From IMG/VR virus record IMGVR_UViG_3300042196_000086, positions 1 through 47,691 of that record: 47,691 nt of DNA; one strand, given 5' to 3'. Both the position numbers and the translations under genes were made by a program. Each line of letters opens with the position of its first letter. The first letter of the stretch is position 1. Positions 41,120 to 47,691 of the stretch are shown in pieces. The notes beneath the pieces were generated by a model, which saw only the letters and a program-made list of their open reading frames with translations, searched no databases and was not told the origin of the DNA. The stretch is from a virus (taxonomy: Duplodnaviria; Caudoviricetes).

Positions 41120-42100
41120 ATGGCGACTCAGACGCAGGGGAAGACGGCGGACCCGGCCACGACGGGGGAGCGGCCGCTTGCGCCGCTGCCGGACGAGATC
41201 GAGAAGGAAGAGCAGCACGCGCTCGCGCTGCGCGACGAGAACCTCACGAAGCTCGCGCTGATCGATCCGGAGCTGATCGAGGTCCGGCTCCAGGCGCGCG
41301 AGAAGGCGCTCGCGAAACTGCGCGAGGTCGCGATCCGCGGCTCCCACGCCTTCGACTGGACGCTCTACAAGGACAAGGAAGGGCGCGTCGTCGGCGTCCC
41401 GCGCGATTCCGCCGCAGTGCAGATCCGCAAGTGGATGGGGATCTCGATCTTCAACTACCGACCGCTCGAGGGCGGCATCCCTATGCCGCTCGTCTCGAAG
41501 GAGCGGATCAAGACCACCGACCGCGACGGCAAGATCACCGGCGAGCAGGAGGTGACCATCGTCGAGATGTGGGCGGACGGCCTCTGCGCGCTCACCGGCG
41601 AGCCGATCGAGGGCGTCTACTACGCGGTCCGCTCGGACAAGCCCTTCACGGGCAGCGGCACGCTGCAGGACCTCAAGGCCTCCTGCCGCACGGGGCTCGA
41701 CGCCAAGGTGACGCGGATCCTCTCGGGGCTGCGTAAGGTCCCGATCGACCAGCTCAAGGAGCTCGGCGTCAAGGTCGAGCAGTCGCACACGGGGATGGGC
41801 TTCGGGACCTCGGCTGACCGCGGCGCCGCGCGTGTCCAGGAGGCCGGCGTCAAGGAGGGTCTCGACGAGCTCAAGGCCGAGGTGCTCCGGCGCGTCGGTG
41901 GCGACGTCTCAGCCGCTCGCCAGCTCACGGTCGACATCACGAAGAGCCCGGATGGGAAGTTCAAGGGCTTCGACTCGCTCGACCGGCTGACGAAGGAGTG
42001 GCAGGTCACCGCGGCATGGAAGGCGCTCAAGTCGCACTCCGTCTTCGGTGGCGACGGGGCGACGAAGGGCGACGAGCACGAGCCGGGCGTCGACGGCTAA
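41120..42100 (+). CDS. Putative single-strand annealing/recombination protein
   Basis: Strong codon bias, directly upstream of an exonuclease, acidic C-tail. No family motif recognised. Confidence 0.5.
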   Translation: MATQTQGKTADPATTGERPLAPLPDEIEKEEQHALALRDENLTKLALIDPELIEVRLQAREKALAKLREVAIRGSHAFDWTLYKDKEGRVVGVPRDSAAVQIRKWMGISIFNYRPLEGGIPMPLVSKERIKTTDRDGKITGEQEVTIVEMWADGLCALTGEPIEGVYYAVRSDKPFTGSGTLQDLKASCRTGLDAKVTRILSGLRKVPIDQLKELGVKVEQSHTGMGFGTSADRGAARVQEAGVKEGLDELKAEVLRRVGGDVSAARQLTVDITKSPDGKFKGFDSLDRLTKEWQVTAAWKALKSHSVFGGDGATKGDEHEPGVDG

Positions 42101-42109
42101 GGCCATCCG

Positions 42110-43135
42110 ATGGCGACCGCGAACGTTCTCCAGTTCCCGCCCGAGCCTCCGTCTGAGGATCTCCTCACCGAGATAGTCCGCCGGCGGACGGAACGGCTCG
42201 CCGGCCAGTCGAAGGCGTACGCCCGCACCATCCCGATCGCCTCTGACGTCGCCCCCGATTCCTGCGCGCGACGCCAGGTGCTCGAGATCGTGAAGTGGGA
42301 GGACAAGCCGCTCTTCGAGGCCGACCGTCAGGCGCGCTTCGAAGCCGGCAACCGCGCGGAGGAGGACATCATCATCGACCTCAAGCGCGACGGCTTCCGC
42401 GTCGTGCAGGAACAGGTCCCCTTCGAGCTGAAGCACCGGCGCACGGGCGAGCCGTGCCTGCGCGGGAAGATCGACGGGAAGCTGCAGTGGAACGGTCAGA
42501 CGGTGCCGTTCGAGATCAAGAGCGCGCACCCGAACATCTTCTCGTCGATCGGCTCGGTCGAGGACTGGAACCGATGGTGGTGGACCAGGAAATACCCGAG
42601 CCAGCTCCACAGCTACCTCTTGGGGCACGGCCACGAGTGGGGCTTCTGGATCCTCACCGATTGCCTCGGCAACTGGAAGCCGCTGCGCGCCGACCTCGAC
42701 TACGCGCTCGCCGAGCGCATCTGGACGTTCGCGGAGTCGATCATGGACGGCGTTCGCGCCTACCGGGCCGACGGCTCGCTGCCCGCCTACACGAGCGACG
42801 CCACGCAGTGCGGGCACTGCGACTTCTTCGGCAGGACGTGCAACCCGGACACGATCGAGCAGGGCGCGCGGATGCTCGGCGACCCCGAGCTCGAGGCGCA
42901 GCTCGCGCGCTGGTGCGAGCTCCGCGAGCCCTACCGCGAGTACAACGGGCTCGACAAGCGCGTGAAGGACGCGCTCAAGAAGGCGCTCCCCGGGAAGCCC
43001 GAGGCGCGCGCGATCGTCGGGCGCTACGCCGTGACGATCACCGACAAGCCGGTGAAGGCCGAGGAGAAGCCGCGCGCGGCGCGCGTCGACCGCGTCGTGA
43101 CGATCGAGGAGCTGCTGAAGGGAGACCCACGATGA
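42110..43135 (+). CDS. PD-(D/E)XK Cas4/RecB-like exonuclease
   Basis: N-terminal C.RR, GKIDG, EIKS, QLHSY and C-terminal CGHC......C Fe-S ligands. Confidence 0.88.
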   Translation: MATANVLQFPPEPPSEDLLTEIVRRRTERLAGQSKAYARTIPIASDVAPDSCARRQVLEIVKWEDKPLFEADRQARFEAGNRAEEDIIIDLKRDGFRVVQEQVPFELKHRRTGEPCLRGKIDGKLQWNGQTVPFEIKSAHPNIFSSIGSVEDWNRWWWTRKYPSQLHSYLLGHGHEWGFWILTDCLGNWKPLRADLDYALAERIWTFAESIMDGVRAYRADGSLPAYTSDATQCGHCDFFGRTCNPDTIEQGARMLGDPELEAQLARWCELREPYREYNGLDKRVKDALKKALPGKPEARAIVGRYAVTITDKPVKAEEKPRAARVDRVVTIEELLKGDPR

Positions 43136-43320
43136 CCGCCGAGCTACTAAACCAACTTCTCGAAGCCCTGCGGCCCTTCGCGGACCAGATGATCTCGGAT
43201 GACTCGATGTGTCACCGTGGGCTCTGCTCCGCTGAGGAGTGCTGTCGCTGTTCGAAGATCCTCAAGGCTCGCGCTGCGATCGCCGCGGGCGAGGCTTACG
43301 TGCCCGAGGCCGGCCGATGA
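43132..43320 (+). CDS. Small Cys-rich hypothetical protein
   Basis: GGGAG SD, ATGA overlaps at both ends. Confidence 0.65.
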   Translation: MTAELLNQLLEALRPFADQMISDDSMCHRGLCSAEECCRCSKILKARAAIAAGEAYVPEAGR

Positions 43321-44006
43321 CCGGCTCACGCGGCCACGCGATCGTGGTCGGTCGGGCGTTGCTGCAGCCGTGGGTCGATCCGGCGGCACGCGAGGCGATC
43401 TACAAGCTTGCGGGCGACGCGAAGGACCTGACGTCCGAGCTCCAGGCTGCAGTGGTCGCCGACGCCGGCAGCGCCGCGCACGTCACCGAGCTGCTGACGC
43501 TCGCGGCCTCGGCCCAGAAGCGCGTCGAGGAGGCCCGGCGCAGCATCACGGACCCGCTCAAGCGCCAGGCGAAGGACATCGAAGACGCCGTGCGGCCCCT
43601 CGTTTCCGCGCTCGACATGCTCATCCTGACGGGGAAGACGAAGGTGCTCGCCTGGCAACGCGCCGAAACCGAGCGCGTGCGCGCGCAGCGCGAGGCGCAG
43701 GAAAGGGCCGAGGCCGAGGCACGGCAGAAAGCGATCGAGCAGGCCGTCGCCGAGCAGCGCCCGGTCGCGATGCCCGAGCCACTGCCGCCGGTGCAGGAGG
43801 CGCCGCGCGGCGTGCGCACGGACTACGGGACGGCGTCGGTGCGCAAGACCTGGGAGTTCGAGATCGTGGACGCCTCGAAGCTCCCGCCCGCCTTCCTCAT
43901 GCCGAACGAGCAGGCGATCCGGGCCGCGGTGCGCGCCGGCTCGCGCGAGATCCCGGGCGTTCGGATCTTCCAGAGCGACGGCCTCGCGGTGAGGGCGGCC
44001 CGATGA
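43317..44006 (+). CDS. Coiled-coil protein with Gp157/Gam-like C-terminus
   Basis: RKTWEFEIVD...LP..FLMPNE.AI...V..G.REIPGVRI. Confidence 0.7.
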   Translation: MTGSRGHAIVVGRALLQPWVDPAAREAIYKLAGDAKDLTSELQAAVVADAGSAAHVTELLTLAASAQKRVEEARRSITDPLKRQAKDIEDAVRPLVSALDMLILTGKTKVLAWQRAETERVRAQREAQERAEAEARQKAIEQAVAEQRPVAMPEPLPPVQEAPRGVRTDYGTASVRKTWEFEIVDASKLPPAFLMPNEQAIRAAVRAGSREIPGVRIFQSDGLAVRAAR

Positions 44007-44293
44007 GAAAGGCCCGGCAGCGCAAGCTACGCGCCGCGTTCCTCGCTTCGACTGGGCGGCTCCCGAACAAGGCCGAGGTGCTCGACTTCTCGAAGGTAGG
44101 GCTCGGACTGCTCGCCGGCCTGCGCGGCCTCTTCAAGCGCAAGCGCGAGGAGGCGAAGGACGACGAGATGCTCCGCTCTCGTGTGAAGCACCTGGCCGAG
44201 AGCGTCTTCCTGCGCGTCGAGTTCAAGCCTTCCGAGTGGCGCCGGCTCAAGCGGAGCTGGCTCCGGCAGCGGCGCGCGGGCCTCGTCCGATGA
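44003..44293 (+). CDS. Basic hypothetical protein
   Basis: ATGA overlaps at both ends. Confidence 0.65.
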   Translation: MRKARQRKLRAAFLASTGRLPNKAEVLDFSKVGLGLLAGLRGLFKRKREEAKDDEMLRSRVKHLAESVFLRVEFKPSEWRRLKRSWLRQRRAGLVR

Positions 44294-45003
44294 GCGGCTC
44301 CCAAATCGTCTTCTTCGATACGGAGACCGGCGGCCTGAAGCCAGAGCATCCGACGATCCAGCTCGCGGCGATCGCCGTGCGCCCTTTCGCGTGCGCCGCA
44401 TGTGAAGGCAGCGGGATGGCGCCCACGGGCGACTCCGGCGATTCATGCCAAGCGTGCAGCGGGCTTGGCACTGGCGATGCCTGGGTCGAGCTCGAGACGT
44501 TCGAGCGCAAGATCGCTTTCGATCAGCGCCAGGCCGACCCCGAGGCGCTGGCGATGAACCACTACACGTCCGAGGCGTGGAAGGACGCGCAGCCCGAGGC
44601 GTTCGTGGTCCGGGACTTCGCCGCGTTCCTCGACCGGCACCGCTCGGTGCAGCTCATCTCGAAGCGCACCGGGAAGCCGTACCGCGTGGCGCGGCTCGGC
44701 GGGCACAACGTCGTCGGATTCGACCTCGAGCGCATCGCCGCGATGTTCAAGCGGCACGGCACCTTCTTCGCGATCGACTTCCGGACCGTGCTCGACACAC
44801 GCTACGGCGCGGTGTGGCTGTTCGAGGGCGGCGCCGCGGCCGACGCGCCGAAGGGCCAGCCGGAGAATTTCAAGCTGACCGGGCTCGCTGAGCACTTCGG
44901 CATTCCTACAGACGGCGCGCACGACGCGCTCTTCGACGTCCGGCTCTCGATCGCGCTCGCGCGCCGGATCGTGGAGCTGTGGCAGCAACCCAGAGTCGCT
45001 TGA
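44290..45003 (+). CDS. DEDDh 3'-5' exonuclease (DnaQ-like) with inserted DnaJ-type zinc finger
   Basis: FDTETGG, GHNVVGFD and HDALFD motifs. Insert CAACEGSG...CQACSGLG. Confidence 0.88.
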   Translation: MSGSQIVFFDTETGGLKPEHPTIQLAAIAVRPFACAACEGSGMAPTGDSGDSCQACSGLGTGDAWVELETFERKIAFDQRQADPEALAMNHYTSEAWKDAQPEAFVVRDFAAFLDRHRSVQLISKRTGKPYRVARLGGHNVVGFDLERIAAMFKRHGTFFAIDFRTVLDTRYGAVWLFEGGAAADAPKGQPENFKLTGLAEHFGIPTDGAHDALFDVRLSIALARRIVELWQQPRVA

Positions 45004-45016
45004 GAACGGAGGCTTC

Positions 45017-45394
45017 ATGCGCACCATCGAATCGCGTCGTTTCGTCGCCGGTGGCGAGGAGCTCCGGCTGTTCCTCGTCGAGGAGAAGGGACACCGACTT
45101 CCGTTCCGGATCCGGCTGAAGCACGGGGCGAAGGCTGGCGTCGTGGCCGGCTTCGTCACCGAGGCCGAGGCGCTCTCGGCGCTCGAAGTGCAGGTCGCGA
45201 AGGCGGTCGCCGCCAAGTGGACGCACGTCCCCGCCCAGGTCCGGCTCGCCCTCGAGATCCCGGCCGCCCCAGGTGCAGCGCCCTCACCTGTCGTGCCTGG
45301 CTGCGCCCACGATTCCATCCAGGCGTACCTGCCGAAGCTCGCACCCGGCAAGTCGATTGTGTGTCCGGACTGCGCCGAGAACGTCAAGGCCTAG
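45017..45394 (+). CDS. Hypothetical protein with C-terminal Zn ribbon
   Basis: GGAGG SD. CAH...CPDC. Confidence 0.7.
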   Translation: MRTIESRRFVAGGEELRLFLVEEKGHRLPFRIRLKHGAKAGVVAGFVTEAEALSALEVQVAKAVAAKWTHVPAQVRLALEIPAAPGAAPSPVVPGCAHDSIQAYLPKLAPGKSIVCPDCAENVKA

Positions 45395-45397
45395 GCC

Positions 45398-45640
45398 ATG
45401 AGCACCGGCGCCCACGTTCGCCCCGAGCCGCTCGAGGCCGTAGACCGCCGCGTCTCAGACCGCCGTCTCGAGACACGCCGCATCGACGACAGGGGCGCCG
45501 CGGACGCGCTGATGCTTGAGGCGATCCGCGTGGCCTGGGATCAGGAGATCGACGGGCGGCACCCGGTCCCGTGGGAACAGGCTGTGCGGATCTGCCGCAA
45601 CTTCGCGGCGCACTTCATCGCGCGCGGGGGCCGGCTGTGA
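45398..45640 (+). CDS. Hypothetical protein
   Basis: Contiguous in the operon. DRR repeats. Confidence 0.55.
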   Translation: MSTGAHVRPEPLEAVDRRVSDRRLETRRIDDRGAADALMLEAIRVAWDQEIDGRHPVPWEQAVRICRNFAAHFIARGGRL

Positions 45641-45680
45641 GCAAGCGGTGGCGGGCGCTCGCAGCGCAGGAGTCCAGAGC

Positions 45681-45863
45681 ATGAGCAAGGGCCGGCCTAA
45701 GCCGCCGCTGCTCGTGACGCGGTGCACTCTCTGCTACCGGCGTCGCGCTTGCGCACCCATTGGGTCAGGCACCTTCTGCTTGTGGCTCTGCCGGGCCTGC
45801 ATCCTGCGCGTGGTGCGGGCTGGCATGCGGGCGTCGGTGGAGTTCAAGAGGCAGGGTCGGTGA
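45681..45863 (+). CDS. Small Zn-finger hypothetical protein
   Basis: AGGAG SD. CTLC and LCRAC motifs. Confidence 0.55.
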   Translation: MSKGRPKPPLLVTRCTLCYRRRACAPIGSGTFCLWLCRACILRVVRAGMRASVEFKRQGR

Positions 45864-46333
45864 TGACGCCTGCGGACTTGAAGCGTTTCGAGGCCAAGGT
45901 CGAGAAGGAGCCGATGAGCGGCTGCTGGCTCTGGACGGGATGTCTCTTCCCGGGTGGCTACGCCAACTTCAGGAGCAGTACCAGGGCGCGGGGACACCGC
46001 GTCGCCTATGAGCATTGGCGGGGGACGATTCCAGAAGGCCTGCAGCTCGATCATCTATGTCGCGTCCGGTCATGCGTGAATCCTTGGCACCTGAGACCCG
46101 TCACCTCTCGAGAGAACACCTTTGCTCCTGGCGCCAAGTCTCTGTCAAGACTGAATGCTGAAAAAACGCATTGCGCTAAGGGGCATCCGTTCTCTCCGGA
46201 AAACACCATCAGAAAGCGCACGCAGCGAGCATGTCGGACTTGCAACATCGAATGGAAACGGCGCTATCGCAGCACGGAGCAATATCGCGCGTGGTGTCGC
46301 GGGTGGTCTGACCGTGCGAGGGCAGGGGTATGA
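45863..46333 (+). CDS. HNH endonuclease with C-terminal Zn-binding module
   Basis: GCWLWTG, HRVAYE, LDHLCRVRSCVNPWHL, KTHCAKGH and RACRTC. Lower GC than neighbours. Confidence 0.92.
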   Translation: MTPADLKRFEAKVEKEPMSGCWLWTGCLFPGGYANFRSSTRARGHRVAYEHWRGTIPEGLQLDHLCRVRSCVNPWHLRPVTSRENTFAPGAKSLSRLNAEKTHCAKGHPFSPENTIRKRTQRACRTCNIEWKRRYRSTEQYRAWCRGWSDRARAGV

Positions 46334-46794
46334 GCGCCGTAACGGGCGAGCTAGCGGCCCTAGCGGCCAGAAAATGCGAGGGCTGTGACCTCGTTTTCGT
46401 GCCCCGCCGGCAGAGTCAGGCGTACCACTCTGGGACGTGCTACGACCGGGCCTACAACCGGGACCATCCGGTGCTCCGGCAGCGGCAGCGTGCCCTTCCC
46501 GGCGAGTCTAAGGTCGAGCGAGCTTTCGCGGCCTGGATCGAGACCCCCGCGGGCCGCTACGTCGAGGCTGAGGTGGCGCGGCTGGCCCGCGAGGACCGGG
46601 CGGCCGGCGACCGCCGCGGGGAGATCAACCTGTATCTGGCGCTGGTGCGGCGCTCGTCGCGCGGGCTGACGAAGGACAGGGCTGGCTTCAGATGTAACAA
46701 CAGCTTCCGATCGCTCCTTGCGCGGCGGGTCATGTCGCACTTCCCAGACTTGGCGGGCATGTTCGAGACGCGGGAACTGCGGGGGCGCACGTGA
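46330..46794 (+). CDS. Conserved phage hypothetical protein with N-terminal Zn finger
   Basis: CEGC...HSGTC and C-terminal F..NNSFRSLLAR..M...P.L..MFETR motif. Confidence 0.7.
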   Translation: MSAVTGELAALAARKCEGCDLVFVPRRQSQAYHSGTCYDRAYNRDHPVLRQRQRALPGESKVERAFAAWIETPAGRYVEAEVARLAREDRAAGDRRGEINLYLALVRRSSRGLTKDRAGFRCNNSFRSLLARRVMSHFPDLAGMFETRELRGRT

Positions 46795-47033
46795 AAGCAA
46801 AGCCTCCCCGACCTCGGTACAACGCGCGCCATTTCACGATCCCTGGCGTCGACATCGGCGACGGCAAGCGCCGCCTCGTCCGGCTGCGGATCGACCGCGA
46901 GGGGATCGAGGTCCGCGTCAGCCATTCATGGAAGCTGCGATGGTGGCTCCCATTCGGTGAGTCGGTCGGCTTGCTCGCGCGGCGTGCCCAGGTGCGCGAG
47001 GCGGAGAAGCGGATTCGCGGGAGGTGCGCATGA
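46791..47033 (+). CDS. Hypothetical protein
   Basis: GTGA and ATGA overlaps. Confidence 0.6.
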   Translation: MKAKPPRPRYNARHFTIPGVDIGDGKRRLVRLRIDREGIEVRVSHSWKLRWWLPFGESVGLLARRAQVREAEKRIRGRCA

Positions 47034-47410
47034 CGCAGGAAGAGATGAGCCGGCTGCCCTGGAACAGGGGCCTCAACCCGCTGCTCTGGACGCCGACGCG
47101 AGTGCCGACGCCCGCTGAGGTGCTCGCCGAGGAGGAGGAGCGGAGACGCCACGAAGACAGCGGCCTAGGCTGCCTGATCGGCATGGCTGCGGTGGCCGCG
47201 AGCGCCGCGTTCATGAGCTGGCTTGGCTGGCTCGCGTGGCAGGCCATCAAGCGCCAGGACGTGGGCGAGCTGCTCGTGCTAGCCGGCATCCTCGTCGCGC
47301 TCCCGGCGTGGCACATGGTCAGCCAAGCGTTCGAGCGCGAGAAGAAGGCGGACCTGGGGCTCCGCGTCTCGGACGCCTGGCTCCGGCACCATGGCAGGCC
47401 ACGCGCATGA
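47030..47410 (+). CDS. Two-TM membrane protein
   Basis: GGAGGTG SD, two hydrophobic segments, ATGA overlap with the MTase. Confidence 0.7.
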   Translation: MTQEEMSRLPWNRGLNPLLWTPTRVPTPAEVLAEEEERRRHEDSGLGCLIGMAAVAASAAFMSWLGWLAWQAIKRQDVGELLVLAGILVALPAWHMVSQAFEREKKADLGLRVSDAWLRHHGRPRA

Positions 47411-47691
47411 GCCTTGTGCTCTCGCTCTTCCCCGGAATCGGCCTCCTCGATATGGCGTTCGAGGCCGAAGGCTTCTGCGTCGTGCGCGGGCCCGACCTGC
47501 TATGGGGCGGCGACATCCGGCAATTCCATCCGCCGGCGGGGCGCTTTGATGGCGTGATCGGGGGGCCGCCCTGCCAGAGCTTCTCAAGCTTGGCTCACCT
47601 GGTGCGTGCGCGAGGGAACGAGCCCCGGTTCGGCAACCTCATCCCCGAGTTTGAGAGGTGCGTCGCGGAGGCGCGGCCGGAATGGTTCCTC
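47407..47691 (+). CDS. C5 cytosine DNA methyltransferase, 5' part
   Basis: MSLVLSLFPGIGLLDMAFE...GDIR...GGPPCQSFS. Continues at the window start. Confidence 0.92.
   Translation, partial: MSLVLSLFPGIGLLDMAFEAEGFCVVRGPDLLWGGDIRQFHPPAGRFDGVIGGPPCQSFSSLAHLVRARGNEPRFGNLIPEFERCVAEARPEWFL
47524..47691. repeat. Terminal direct repeat, right copy
   Basis: Matches 1-168 at an offset of 47523. Confidence 0.95.

Noticed and set aside
45863-46333. HNH gene as part of an intron or intein
   Set aside because: It is free-standing with stop-start overlaps on both sides, and no interrupted host gene or splicing motifs are visible.

Overview
An apparently complete, circularly permuted, GC-rich temperate siphovirus genome with a unit length of about 47,523 bp. 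The two ends overlap inside a C5 DNA methyltransferase gene. Nearly all genes lie on the + strand. Gene order: methyltransferase, replication initiator with internal ori-like repeats, RuvC, small Cys-rich genes, then an unusually large lysis/secreted-enzyme block. That block holds a TIGR02594-type endopeptidase, a clan GH-A-like lipoprotein, two subtilisin S8 proteases and several membrane or exported proteins. It is followed by a fibre/spike cassette upstream of the terminase, then TerS/TerL, portal, MuF-like protein, fused protease-scaffold-capsid, neck, tail tube, frameshifted tail chaperone, tape measure and tail tip. The rest is attP (3' half of tRNA-Phe with arm repeats), the immunity switch, and recombination/nucleotide genes. 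The two most unusual features are (1) the exported hydrolase set inside the lysis region and (2) a single gene fusing an XRE repressor HTH to only the C-terminal catalytic tail of a tyrosine integrase, with no other integrase in the genome. All family calls come from motif recognition by eye, not database searches.
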